From assembly GCA_965208575.1 (NCBI GenBank), contig CBDBOV010000001.1, forward strand, positions 32,001 to 96,000: a stretch of DNA of 64,000 bases, in the 5' to 3' direction. Positions 30,283 to 39,808 of the stretch are shown one piece after another (positions within the stretch are counted from its first letter, which is position 1; every line of letters begins with the position of its first letter). A program made the translations under genes and the position numbers. The notes below the pieces were generated by a model. The model was not told the DNA's origin, did not search any database, and worked only from the letters and a program-made list of their open reading frames with translations. Source of the stretch: Spirochaetia bacterium (GTDB lineage: Bacteria > Spirochaetota > Spirochaetia > SZUA-6 > Bin103).

Positions 30283-31131
30283 ATGCAGTTCGTGATGTTT
30301 ACCAAGCACCTGCAGGGGCTGTCCCTGGACGAGGTGATTGCGGCGCTTGCCGAGGTCGGCGTGCAGGGCGCGGACCTGGCGGTGCGGCCCGGCTATTCGG
30401 TCAACCCGGAAAACATGGCCGCCGAGCTGCCGGCGGCGGCGCGCCGCTTCGCCGACGCCGGGATGGCGATCCCGCTGGTCACCGCGCCCACGAGCCTTAC
30501 CTCGCCCGACAGTCCGCGCGCCGAGGCGTTCTACGAGGCGTGCGGGGCGGCCGGGGTGGGCCACCTCAAGCTCGGCTACTGGGCCTGGGACCCGGAGCGG
30601 CGCTTCTGGGACCAGGTCGCCGAGATCCGCGACTGGCTGGCGGTGTTCGCCGACTGGTCGCGGCAGTACGGCGTCAAGACCGTGGTGCACAACCACTCCG
30701 GCCACTCGCTGGGCATGAACTCCTCGCAGATGATGCACATCGTGCAGGACTTCGACGCCGCCTGCGTGGGCGTGTTCGCCGATCCCGGCCACCTCGCGGT
30801 GTGCGGCGAGCCGATCGCCATGGCGCTGGAGATGGTGCGCGAATACCTGGCGTGCGTGGCGTGCAAGGACCTGCTGCGCGTCGCGGTGCCGGACCGGCGC
30901 GGCTGGTGGGGGCGCGGCGAGCCGAACCGCACCTTCACCGTGCCGCTCGGGCGCGGCTTCGCCGACTACGGCGCCGCATTGGCAACGCTGCGCCGGATCG
31001 GCTTCACCGGCGTTATGAGCGTGCACAGCGAGTACGACGAGCCGGTGGAAGACGTGATCGCAATGAGCAAGATGGACCTGCGCTACCTGAAGGCGGTGCT
31101 CGAATCGGCCGCGGACGACGCAGCCGGCTAG
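30283..31131 (+). CDS. Sugar phosphate isomerase/epimerase family (TIM barrel)
   Basis: GADLAVRPG, VHNHSG, DPGH, KD, VPLGRG, SVHSEY. Confidence 0.85.
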   Translation: MQFVMFTKHLQGLSLDEVIAALAEVGVQGADLAVRPGYSVNPENMAAELPAAARRFADAGMAIPLVTAPTSLTSPDSPRAEAFYEACGAAGVGHLKLGYWAWDPERRFWDQVAEIRDWLAVFADWSRQYGVKTVVHNHSGHSLGMNSSQMMHIVQDFDAACVGVFADPGHLAVCGEPIAMALEMVREYLACVACKDLLRVAVPDRRGWWGRGEPNRTFTVPLGRGFADYGAALATLRRIGFTGVMSVHSEYDEPVEDVIAMSKMDLRYLKAVLESAADDAAG

Positions 31132-31351
31132 GGTGTGCCGTATCCTGAGGCGGGCGGCGCCTCGCCCGCGATCTCGCCGGCATCCCGGCATCCCGGCATC
31201 GCTGTGCCCGCCGCGATCGCGGTACGATCTACCGGCGCTGTGTCCGGCGCGCCGTGCAGGTCGACGTGCGCATCTGGCCTGCGGGCGGCGCCAGCGGCGC
31301 CGACACCACGGCCGGGTGGATGAAAACCGTTTTTGAGGAGAGGATCCTGTT

Positions 31352-32206
31352 GTGAATCGAAGTGATCGAGCGCCCGCGGCGCAGCCCGCCGTGCGCGCGG
31401 CCGTGACCGTGAGCCTGGTACCGGAAGTACGCGGCGGGCCGTTCATCTTCTGGGATGGCATCCCCGCCGCCTGCGCGGCAGCCGCCCGCATCGGCTTTCA
31501 CGGCCTGGAGGTGTTTCCGCACACCGCGGCCGGCGTGCCTGTGCGCGAGTTGCGCACCGCGCTGGATGACCACGGGCTGGTGCTGGCGGCGGTCGGCACC
31601 GGCGCGGGCGGGGTCGTGCACGGCCTGTCGCTCGCCGACCCCGACGGCGCCGGGCGGCAGCGTGCCGTCGACTACGTGCGCGCGGTCATCGACCTGGCGG
31701 CGCCGTTCGGCGCGCCGGCCATCGTCGGCTCGGTGCAGGGCCGCTCGGCGCCCGGCGAAGCGCGCGAGGAGGCGCTGCGGCGCCTGGTCGACAGCATGGC
31801 GCAGCTCGGCGAGGTGGCTGCCGCGGTCGGCGGGCGCATCGTCGTGGAGCCGCTCAACCGCTATGAGACCGACCTGTGCAACACGCTCGCCCACGGCGGC
31901 GAGGTGATCGAGCGCACCGGCAGCGACCGCATCGGCCTGCTCGCCGACCTGTTCCACATGAACATCGAGGAGACCGACGTCGCCGCCTCCCTCGTGGCCG
32001 CCGGGAAGCGCCTCGGCCACCTCCACTTCGTGGACAGCAACCGCCGCCCGGCCGGCTGCGGCCACCTGTCGTACGGCCCGATCGCCGCCGCGCTGCGCGC
32101 CGCCGGCTACCGCGGCTGGGCGGCGGTGGAGGCATTCCCGTACCCCGACCCGGAAGCGGCCGCGCGCCGCTCCATCAACAGCTACCGCGCCTACCTGGAG
32201 GAGTGA
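31352..32206 (+). CDS. Sugar phosphate isomerase/epimerase (IolO/tagatose-epimerase-like)
   Basis: EPLNRYET, ADLFHMNIEE, HFVDSNR..GCGH. Confidence 0.88.
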   Translation: MNRSDRAPAAQPAVRAAVTVSLVPEVRGGPFIFWDGIPAACAAAARIGFHGLEVFPHTAAGVPVRELRTALDDHGLVLAAVGTGAGGVVHGLSLADPDGAGRQRAVDYVRAVIDLAAPFGAPAIVGSVQGRSAPGEAREEALRRLVDSMAQLGEVAAAVGGRIVVEPLNRYETDLCNTLAHGGEVIERTGSDRIGLLADLFHMNIEETDVAASLVAAGKRLGHLHFVDSNRRPAGCGHLSYGPIAAALRAAGYRGWAAVEAFPYPDPEAAARRSINSYRAYLEE

Positions 32207-32210
32207 ATCA

Positions 32211-33233
32211 ATGAAGGCAATCAGTCTGCGCGAGCCGCAGCGCTTCGAGATGATCGACATCGACCCGCCGGCCGAGCCCGGGCCCGGCGAGGCGCTGGTG
32301 CAGGTACACAACATCGGCATCTGCGGCACCGATGTCAGCGGCTACTTCGGCAAGATGCCGCTCATGACCTACCCGCGCATCCTCGGCCACGAACTCGGCG
32401 TCGAGGTGGTGGCGGTGGGCGACGGCGTAGGCAACGTGGCGCCCGGCGACCGCTGCTCGGTGGAACCCTACCTGGACTGCATCGACGGCTGCCTGGCGTG
32501 CCTGCGCGGTGCGCCCAACTGCTGCGACTCCCTGGAGGTGCTCGGCGTGCACACGGACGGCGGCATGCGCCCGCGCTTCCTGCTGCCGGCACGCAAGCTG
32601 CACGTATCGACCAGGCTGGAGTTCGAGCAGCTCGCGCTGGTGGAGACGCTCGGCATCGGCGCCCACGCCGTGGACCGCGGCGCGCCCGGCCCGGACGACA
32701 CGGCGCTGATCATCGGCGCCGGCCCGATCGGCCTGGCCAGCCACGAGTTCGTCCGCCTGAGCGGCGCCACCTCCATCTTCATGGACCTCAACGCGGAGCG
32801 GCTGCGCTTCGCGAAGGAGGTGATGCACTGCGACCACACCCTGGTGGCGCAGGGCGACATCGCCGCCCAACTCCGCGAGCTGAACGGCGGCGAGCTGCCC
32901 AACGTGGTGTTCGACGCCACCGGCTCGAACCGCTCCATGTCGGAGGCGGTGAACTACATCGCGGCCACCGGCACCCTGGTCTACGTCGGCCTCACCGCCG
33001 GCGCGCTGTCGTTCCCGCACATGGCGATTCACAAGCCGGAACTGACCGTGCGCGCCACCCGCAACTCGGTGCCCGCCAACTTCCGCGCCATCATCGAGCA
33101 CATCGAGGAGGGCCGCATCGACACCGGCCCGTGGATCACCCACCGCTCCCGCTTCGGCGACCTGATCGGCGACTTCCCCACGTTCACCCGCCTCGAAAGC
33201 GGCGTGATCAAGGCAGTCGTCGCCGTCGACTGA
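32211..33233 (+). CDS. Zinc-binding alcohol/sugar-acid dehydrogenase
   Basis: GICGTD, YPRILGHE, structural Cys cluster, GAGPIG. Confidence 0.92.
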   Translation: MKAISLREPQRFEMIDIDPPAEPGPGEALVQVHNIGICGTDVSGYFGKMPLMTYPRILGHELGVEVVAVGDGVGNVAPGDRCSVEPYLDCIDGCLACLRGAPNCCDSLEVLGVHTDGGMRPRFLLPARKLHVSTRLEFEQLALVETLGIGAHAVDRGAPGPDDTALIIGAGPIGLASHEFVRLSGATSIFMDLNAERLRFAKEVMHCDHTLVAQGDIAAQLRELNGGELPNVVFDATGSNRSMSEAVNYIAATGTLVYVGLTAGALSFPHMAIHKPELTVRATRNSVPANFRAIIEHIEEGRIDTGPWITHRSRFGDLIGDFPTFTRLESGVIKAVVAVD

Positions 33234-33317
33234 GTATCTCCCGCGGCCTCACGCGGGCGGCGTGCTCAGGCCGCGCCGGCAAGACCACAGGGGTGGTTCA
33301 TGCCAAGTTGGGGCGCT

Positions 33318-33785
33318 TCACTCCGCCTCCATCCCGGCGAGCAGTTCCTCCGGGGTGCGCTCCGGGGACGCAAACGGGTCGGTCACTCGTACCCTCCCGA
33401 ACCTCTGGCCGTGCTGCAAATCTTCGGTCAGCAGCACTCGGCAGTCGCCGGCCTGCGCGGCCGCCACGATGAGCGCGTCCCACCAGGACAGCGAGTAGCG
33501 AGCCTCGAGGCGCCAACCGCGCTCCAGTAGGGCGAGATCGACGGCAAGCGGCTGCCACGCGGTGAGGTCGCGGACCAGCGTACGTGCGTCGTCCGCGTCA
33601 AATCGCGGCGTCAGCTTGCGGGTCAGGGTCGAGTACAGCTCCTGCAACACCTGGAAGCTGAGCCGGCCTGCACGCCGGCGCCACACATACTGGTACCAGG
33701 CTTCCGCCCGCGCCTGTTTCGCCGGCTCGCTCGCATCGTGGCGGTAGACGAGTACGTTGGTGTCAACGAAAATCGGCCCGGTCAT
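33318..33785 (-). CDS. PIN-domain toxin (VapC-like)
   Basis: FVDTNVLVY, QVLQE, LSWWDALIVAAA, LLTEDLQHG. Confidence 0.92.
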   Translation of the reverse strand: MTGPIFVDTNVLVYRHDASEPAKQARAEAWYQYVWRRRAGRLSFQVLQELYSTLTRKLTPRFDADDARTLVRDLTAWQPLAVDLALLERGWRLEARYSLSWWDALIVAAAQAGDCRVLLTEDLQHGQRFGRVRVTDPFASPERTPEELLAGMEAE

Positions 33786-34005
33786 GAAGCTCCTCACGGG
33801 TCGGCTTGCGGCCGTCGACCCACTGAAACTTGCGCGGCTCTATCGCCATGCATCGCTCCATCGCCGCTTCGTACTCTTCGTCCCGGCGGCGCATCTTGTC
33901 GAGCATGTCGGCCAGCCAGCCGGACACGCTGCGGTCGGCTTTGGCTGCCTCCACGCGCAGCCACCGTGCGGTGTCCTCAGGCAACGAAACCGTTACGTTC
34001 TTCAT
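33763..34005 (-). CDS. Ribbon-helix-helix antitoxin (VapB/CopG-like)
   Basis: MKNVTVSLPEDTARWLRVEAAK..RSVS...PTREELHDR. Overlaps the PIN gene. Confidence 0.88.
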   Translation of the reverse strand: MKNVTVSLPEDTARWLRVEAAKADRSVSGWLADMLDKMRRRDEEYEAAMERCMAIEPRKFQWVDGRKPTREELHDRADFR

Positions 34006-34007
34006 GC

Positions 34008-34040
34008 CACGAAAATAGTGAAGCACGATAATCGTGTCAA
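34008..34040 (-). promoter_or_regulatory. TA promoter with palindromic operator
   Basis: TTGACA-N17-TATTTT. CACGAT-A-ATCGTG palindrome at 34024-34036 and a related site CACGAAAATAGTG at 34008-34020. Confidence 0.75.
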
Positions 34041-34364
34041 ATGGGAAGTGGCCAATCCGACGGATCAGAGTATACTGCGGCCGTCGTGGCGGAACGGGAT
34101 CGGCGGGTGGCGCATCCGATCGTCAACCTCGTGGTGTGGCTGATTGCGATCGGGATGATCGTGACGGTGGCGGCGCTGGCCGGCGGGCGCCTGGCCGGAA
34201 TTGTCGGGGCGATGCTCACCGCCGACACGCCCCTGGCCGGACGCATTGCCGTGGCCGCGGGGATGGGGGTGATGGCGCTGATGCTGCTGGCGTTCTTCAC
34301 CTGGCTGGTCACGGCGCTGGTACGAAACGCCGCCAGCCACCTGACCCGCCGCCGGCAGCGCTGA
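34041..34364 (+). CDS. Small membrane protein
   Basis: 107 aa with 2-3 hydrophobic segments. Confidence 0.55.
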   Translation: MGSGQSDGSEYTAAVVAERDRRVAHPIVNLVVWLIAIGMIVTVAALAGGRLAGIVGAMLTADTPLAGRIAVAAGMGVMALMLLAFFTWLVTALVRNAASHLTRRRQR

Positions 34365-34437
34365 GCCGTCCGGCCCGCGTGGGCGCCTGGCCGGTACGCT
34401 CCGGCGTCCGCTGCCGTGAACGATCGCTCCGCCGCGC

Positions 34438-35049
34438 TCAGGCGGTCGATTCGTCGTCCAGTTCCAGCTTGATGACCAGTACCTCGTTCGTGAGTTCGTT
34501 CACCGGCAGGTCGCGGATGCGCAGGCAGGGGCGCGCGGTCCAGCGCCACGGGATCACGTCCACCGCCCACGCCAGCTCGCGGCCGTCGTTGAGCAGGGTG
34601 GCCGCGCGCGGGCCGAGCATCTCGTGGTGGCGGCCCAGGTTGGGGTAGTGGCGGTGGTGCCAGTCGGGCAGCGAGTAGTAGAAGCCCAGCACCACGCCGC
34701 GCCGGTGGCACGCCTCGGCCAGCATGCCGACAATGTCCTTGCCGAACGGCGAGCGCATCACGTTGTAGTCGGTGTACGCGGTGTCCCACAGGCAGAAGCC
34801 GTCGTGGTGCTTGGTGGTCACGCACAGGTACTCCATGCCCGCCTCCTGCAGCACGTCGAGCCAGGCGTCCGGGTTGAACTGCCGGGGATTGAACTCGTCC
34901 ACCAGCTTCTCGTAGTCGCGCCGCTTGATGTCGCCGCGCCACAGGATCTGCTCGTGCCACGCCGGGATGGCGTACAGCCCCCAGTGGATGAACATCCCGA
35001 ACCGCTTGCCAAAGAACCAGTCGCGGCCGTCGCCGAACGGCTTGATCAT
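34438..35049 (-). pseudogene. Alpha-L-fucosidase (GH29) with a large in-frame internal deletion
   Basis: RFGMFIHWG, TTKHHDGFCLW, FYYSLPDW join directly to the C-terminal ATLLNDG...VLVIKLEL. Only 203 aa. Confidence 0.8.
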
Positions 35050-35855
35050 GTCTCTCCTCCCAGTGTTCCGCGTGGTGGTGGCGCCGCCGCCGGGGTCGCG
35101 AGCAGGCGGTGGATCTCCTGCCAGCGCGCGGGGTGGCTGTCGTGGGTGATCTCCGGCTCGAAGCCGAGTTTCAGGTAGGTCCTGATGGCGGGCAGGCGCC
35201 AATCGTCGGTGTTGAGGATGGTCGCCGCCCAGCCGCGCCGGCGAGCATACCACAGCACCGCCCGGCACACCTGCAGCCCGAGGCCGCGGCCCTGATGGGC
35301 GGGATCGACCGCCACCCAGCCCAGCTCATGGCGCGGCTCGGCGGGCGTCGGGCGCACCGTGCAGGCGGTGGCCACGGGGTGGCCGCGATGCAGAACCAGG
35401 TACGTGCCCTCCGGCACCACCGGGCGCGGGTCGTTCAGGCAGCGCTCGGCGCGCGCCCGGTCCCAGGCGCCGAGCTGGCCGGTGGCGCCCAGCACCGCGA
35501 TCCAATCGTCCGGGTCCCGCTCCGCCAGGGTGGCAAGGGTGTGGCCGGGCGGCAGGCTGACCGCTTGCAGCGCCGCGAACGTCCGCAACCGCATTCGCAA
35601 TTGCGGCAGCCGCGGGCCCGGTGGAGGCGCAGCCGGCAGCGCCGGACCACCGGCGGCAGCGACCGGCGGTCGGGAGTCGCGGCCCCGGGCGCCTGCCGCC
35701 GCATCTGCCGCGGCCGAGGCGGCCGCCAAGCACGCGGCGTGCGCGGAGCGTGCGGTGTCCGCGGCGCCGGCGGCGGAGATCCGAGGGCCTGCCGGGCCGG
35801 CCATGCCCGCCGCGCCCGCCGGGCCGGCGCAAGCGCCCCGCGGCTCAGAACGCAT
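35046..35855 (-). CDS. GNAT-family N-acetyltransferase
   Basis: LGWVAVDPAHQGRGLG, TDDWRLPAIRTYLKLGF. Ala/Pro-rich N-terminus, start uncertain. Confidence 0.85.
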   Translation of the reverse strand: MRSEPRGACAGPAGAAGMAGPAGPRISAAGAADTARSAHAACLAAASAAADAAAGARGRDSRPPVAAAGGPALPAAPPPGPRLPQLRMRLRTFAALQAVSLPPGHTLATLAERDPDDWIAVLGATGQLGAWDRARAERCLNDPRPVVPEGTYLVLHRGHPVATACTVRPTPAEPRHELGWVAVDPAHQGRGLGLQVCRAVLWYARRRGWAATILNTDDWRLPAIRTYLKLGFEPEITHDSHPARWQEIHRLLATPAAAPPPRGTLGGET

Positions 35856-36870
35856 TGCGCACCTTGACCGGCCTGCCGCTGCGCAGCGACTCCCAACAGG
35901 CCAGTCCGGTGGCCACCACCCGCGCTCCCTCGCGCACGCCGACCCACGGCGTCTTGCCGTCCAGGATGCACTCCGCGAGGTGCGCCATCATCACCAGCAT
36001 CTCCTGGTGGTGGCCGAGCGGCAGCCGGCTGGAGAACGCCGCCTCCGTGGAACGCGCCGGCAGGTAGCCCTCGCCGTCCACCGTCTTGCGGGCGTTGCGC
36101 AGCACCCCTTTCGTGCCGTACACGGTGAGCTCGTTCATCACCTCCCCGGGCGGCTCCACCACGCCGAGGTAGTTGGCGATGCGCCCGATCCGCCCGCTCG
36201 CGAAGCGCACGTTGATCACGAAGTTGTCCTCCCGCGGATACTCCGGAGCCAGCCCGCTGCGCTGGCCGTAGCAGTGCACCTCCTCGATGTCGCCCATGAA
36301 CCAGCGCAGCAGGTCGATCGGGTGGCAGGCGCCGCCCAGGATCAGGTCCTGCGGCATCCGCACACGCCACGGCGAGTAGTCGTACACCGGGCGCAGGTCG
36401 TGGATGTAGTGCGACTCCGCCAGGTAGGGCTCGCCGATCTCGCCGGCGTCGCACGCGCGCTTCGCCTCCATGAAGTCGAACCGCCCGCGCAGCGACTGGC
36501 TTACCAGCAGCACCCGGCCGGTGCGATCCACCGCGTCGACCACCTGCTCCGCCTGCGCCATGGTGTACACCATCGACTTGGTCACCATCACGTGCTTGCC
36601 GGCGTCGAGGGCGGCCAGGATCTGCGCTGCATGCAATGGGCCGGGCGTGTAGATACCGATCACGTCCAGCTCCGGGCGCGCCGCCAGCTCGGCAAAGTCG
36701 GTGGTGACAACGGGCACGTCGTAGCGCTCGGCGGCCTGCCGGGCGCGCTCGCCGTCGGTATCGCACACCGCCGTCACCCGCAGCCGCAGGTGGCTCCCCG
36801 CGGCCGCGTTCGCCTGCAGCAGCGTGGCCCCATGGCCCAGCCCGGCCACCCCCAGCTTCAATTCCTTCAC
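35845..36870 (-). CDS. Gfo/Idh/MocA-family oxidoreductase
   Basis: LGVAGLGHG, AGKHVMVTK, GGACHPIDLLRW. GGAGG before GTG 36870. Confidence 0.9.
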   Translation of the reverse strand: MKELKLGVAGLGHGATLLQANAAAGSHLRLRVTAVCDTDGERARQAAERYDVPVVTTDFAELAARPELDVIGIYTPGPLHAAQILAALDAGKHVMVTKSMVYTMAQAEQVVDAVDRTGRVLLVSQSLRGRFDFMEAKRACDAGEIGEPYLAESHYIHDLRPVYDYSPWRVRMPQDLILGGACHPIDLLRWFMGDIEEVHCYGQRSGLAPEYPREDNFVINVRFASGRIGRIANYLGVVEPPGEVMNELTVYGTKGVLRNARKTVDGEGYLPARSTEAAFSSRLPLGHHQEMLVMMAHLAECILDGKTPWVGVREGARVVATGLACWESLRSGRPVKVRNAF

Positions 36871-36932
36871 GCGCCTCCCTCCGCCGCGTAGTGTAGGGAA
36901 ACCGCGCGCCTGTTGCAGGCCGGATCCGGTGG

Positions 36933-37736
36933 TTACAGCCGGTCCTCGGCGCGGTCGGCGGGGTGGAAGCCGAGCACGGCGCGGGTGTGCTCGGTGTCGA
37001 GCCACCGGTAGCGGTTGTCCGAAACGGCGTAGAACACGTCGAAGCGCAGCTCCGGCGGCGCGTTGACGGCCAGTTCGGCCGCGGTGGCGATGTCGCGCTG
37101 ACTGCACCACAGTGCCGACCCGGCGGCGCCGCGCGGCGCGTCGTCGCCGTTTACGCCGCCGATGCGCAGGCACAGGCACGACAGCCCGTGGCCGTCGGCG
37201 TACGCGCGGCACAGCCCCTCGCCCCACACCTTGCTGGCCGAGTAGGGCTCGGTGGGGCGCACCGCGTCGCGGTGGGTCACGCGGTGGAACTCCGCCGGCA
37301 CGGCGTCGAAGCGCGCCTCCCGGATCGCCTTGTAGGGCTCGTCGAACTGGTAGCCCCAGTCGGTCATGACCGTGCTCGCGTAGACGATGCGGCGCACCCC
37401 CTGGCGCCGGCACGCTTCGAGCGCATGGTAGCCGCCCACCACGTTGCTGTTCAGGATCGCCTCGAACGGCGCCGAAGGATCCGGCACCGCGCCCATGTGC
37501 ACCACCACCTCGGCGCCCGCGAACGCGCGCTCCACCGCGGCCGGGTCGGCCAGGTCGGCGCGCGTAAAGCGCTCCGGCGGGCAACTGAGCGCCCGCCCCG
37601 CCGCCACCCGGTCGGACGGCTCGTAGCGCCGCCCGCTGCCGGTCACCTCGTAGCGCTCCGGCTGCGCCGCCAGGTGCGCATACACCACGTCCCCTATCAA
37701 CCCGCTCACCCCGGTCACGTGTACCTTCAGTGCCAT
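36933..37736 (-). CDS. NAD-dependent epimerase/dehydratase (uronate dehydrogenase-like)
   Basis: VTGVSGLIG, YSASKVWGE, LRIG, WCSQRD, VSDN. Confidence 0.88.
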   Translation of the reverse strand: MALKVHVTGVSGLIGDVVYAHLAAQPERYEVTGSGRRYEPSDRVAAGRALSCPPERFTRADLADPAAVERAFAGAEVVVHMGAVPDPSAPFEAILNSNVVGGYHALEACRRQGVRRIVYASTVMTDWGYQFDEPYKAIREARFDAVPAEFHRVTHRDAVRPTEPYSASKVWGEGLCRAYADGHGLSCLCLRIGGVNGDDAPRGAAGSALWCSQRDIATAAELAVNAPPELRFDVFYAVSDNRYRWLDTEHTRAVLGFHPADRAEDRL

Positions 37737-37847
37737 CGCTTCCTGCCTCCTCCCGCGTGCAGCGTACCGGCCGTCCCTGCGCGGCAAAAGGGGCGGGCTT
37801 CCCGGAGCGTGCCCGTACGCGGCATCCTGTGGCACGGAACCAACGTC

Positions 37848-38612
37848 ATGACCATGGAACAATGTCTTGCCGACCTCGGCTCCTCCGCCGAGCTGCTCAG
37901 CGACCGCCAGCGCGGCGAGTTGCGGCGCAAGGGATACACGCTGCTGCCGGGTGTGATCGACGCCGACTGGCTGGCCCGGCTGCGCGCGCGGTTCGAGGAG
38001 CTGGTGGCCGCGGAGGGAGCGGTGGCCGGCGTGGAGGTGCACCAGGAGGAGGGTACGCGCCGGCTGGCGGACCTGGTGAACAAGGGCGACGTGTTCGACG
38101 GCGTGTGGTCGCACCCGCTGTTGCTGGCGGCAGCGCACTGCGTGATCGACGCACCCTTCCATCTCGGTTCGCTGAACGCGCGCGATGCCTTGCCCGGCGA
38201 GGGATTGCAGGCGCTGCACCAGGACGGCAAGCGCGACGTGCCGCCCCCGCGCTACGGCTGCAACTCGGTGTGGATGCTCGATGACTTCACCGCCGACAAC
38301 GGCTGCACACGCATGGTGCCCGGCACCTGCACGCTCGCCCACCCCAGGGAGGTGCTCGACGATGCCAAGGCGCCGCACCCGGACGAGGAACTGATCACGG
38401 CGCCGGCCGGCAGCGTGGCGGTGTTCAACTCCTACACCTGGCACGGCGGCACCCGGAACCGCACCCGCGATGGCCACCGGCGCTGCCTGCACTGCTACTT
38501 CAATCCGCGCCACCTGGCGCAGCAGACCGACCAGCGCGCCTACCTGCGCCCGGCGACGGCCGCGCGCCTGAGCCCCGCGCAGCGCTACCTGCTCGACCTG
38601 GAGGACGAGTGA
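37848..38612 (+). CDS. Phytanoyl-CoA dioxygenase (PhyH) family
   Basis: QALHQD, WMLDDFTADNGCTRMVPG, WHGG..N. Confidence 0.9.
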   Translation: MTMEQCLADLGSSAELLSDRQRGELRRKGYTLLPGVIDADWLARLRARFEELVAAEGAVAGVEVHQEEGTRRLADLVNKGDVFDGVWSHPLLLAAAHCVIDAPFHLGSLNARDALPGEGLQALHQDGKRDVPPPRYGCNSVWMLDDFTADNGCTRMVPGTCTLAHPREVLDDAKAPHPDEELITAPAGSVAVFNSYTWHGGTRNRTRDGHRRCLHCYFNPRHLAQQTDQRAYLRPATAARLSPAQRYLLDLEDE

Positions 38613-38977
38613 TGGCGGGCTCCGTCCAGCAGGGCCAGATAGTGCGCCTCAGCGGCCTGCCGGGCATCGCCTGCCCGTGCGGCACCGCCCGGCGCGCCTT
38701 CGCCGAGGCCGCCGAGGGCCGCGCCAGCCTGCACTTGGTGGAGGTGAAGCAGGACAGCGAGCGCCACTACCACCGCCGCCTCACCGAGATCTACTACGTG
38801 CTGTCGGGCGAGGGACAGATGGAATTCGACGGCGAACTGCGGCCGGTGGCCGCCGGCGATGCGATTTTCATACCCCCCGGCGTCGTGCACCGTGCCGTCC
38901 CCGGCGCGGCGCCGATGTCCATACTCAATTTCGTCATGCCGGCGTTCGACCCGGACGACGAGTGGTTGGTCGAGTAG
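38612..38977 (+). CDS. Cupin domain protein
   Basis: CPCG, HYHRRLTEIYYVL, IPPGVVHRA, PAFDPDDEW. Confidence 0.88.
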   Translation: MAGSVQQGQIVRLSGLPGIACPCGTARRAFAEAAEGRASLHLVEVKQDSERHYHRRLTEIYYVLSGEGQMEFDGELRPVAAGDAIFIPPGVVHRAVPGAAPMSILNFVMPAFDPDDEWLVE

Positions 38978-38981
38978 GCTG

Positions 38982-39392
38982 CTAGCGGCCAAAGCCGATG
39001 CCGCGCTGCGGGGTGCGCGGCTGTTCCCGGCGCTCCGGCCACAGCGGGGCGTAGCTCTCGATGCAGTGCGCGATGTCGGGCAGGCGCATCCGCACCGCCG
39101 CCCACGCCAGGCGCGGATGCAGGCTGGCCGGTTCCAGCAGCCGGGCGCCGTCGTCGAGCGCCATCACCTGGTCGCGCACCGCGTCGACCTCTTCGTCCGA
39201 CAGGCCGCGGTAGTCCCAGATGCGCACCACCGCGGCGCCGGTCTCCTCGTCCTGGGAGGTGATCGAGTGCAGGGAATAGCGGCTGCCGTCGGCGAGGACC
39301 ATCTCCACGCAGAACGGCGGTACGATGCCGTCGATCCCGGTCAGCCAGCGGATCAGCGGGTCTTCGTCCCAGTTGGATGGTGCCGGATTCAC
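38982..39392 (-). CDS. Hypothetical protein
   Basis: 136 aa globular-looking ORF ending in IGFGR. Confidence 0.65.
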   Translation of the reverse strand: MNPAPSNWDEDPLIRWLTGIDGIVPPFCVEMVLADGSRYSLHSITSQDEETGAAVVRIWDYRGLSDEEVDAVRDQVMALDDGARLLEPASLHPRLAWAAVRMRLPDIAHCIESYAPLWPERREQPRTPQRGIGFGR

Positions 39393-39571
39393 GGCTCACC
39401 ATGGTAGCGGGTTCGACGCCGCCGGTCATCCATCCGCCTCCGCCGATTTCCGCCGATTCTCCGCCGCTCCGCCGCCTCCGCAACCCGCACTCAGTACACT
39501 CCTGACTCCTGCACTGACTCCTGCCAGCCCGCTTGACTACGCTGTGCCATTCGAGGAAGCCTGGTGGCCCG

Positions 39572-39808
39572 GTGAGTACCGAGGCAATCGCCTTCGCTGG
39601 TGTCGGCGTGGCTCTGCTGGCCGTGCTGGTGCCGGTCGTCGTCCTGCAGAGCCGCCGTCTGGAGCAACGCATAGACTCCGTTGCCGCCGCCTTGGCGAGC
39701 GCCCGCACCGAATTGCGCACCGACCGTCACACTCCGCCGCTGCCCACGTGCAGTGCCCGCATGGCGGCCACCGTGTCGGCCTCGCCGGCGCGCTTGTCGT
39801 CGCGGTAG
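39572..39808 (+). CDS. Small membrane-anchored coiled-coil protein or remnant
   Basis: MSTEAIAFAGVGVALLAVLVPVVVLQSRRLEQRIDSV. The 3' end runs into the convergent ligase gene. Confidence 0.35.
   Translation: MSTEAIAFAGVGVALLAVLVPVVVLQSRRLEQRIDSVAAALASARTELRTDRHTPPLPTCSARMAATVSASPARLSSR

Noticed and set aside
39405-39435. tRNA/tmRNA 3' fragment (GCGGGTTCGACGCCGCC) as an att site
   Set aside because: The T-stem pairs poorly, there is no matching acceptor end and no integrase is present.
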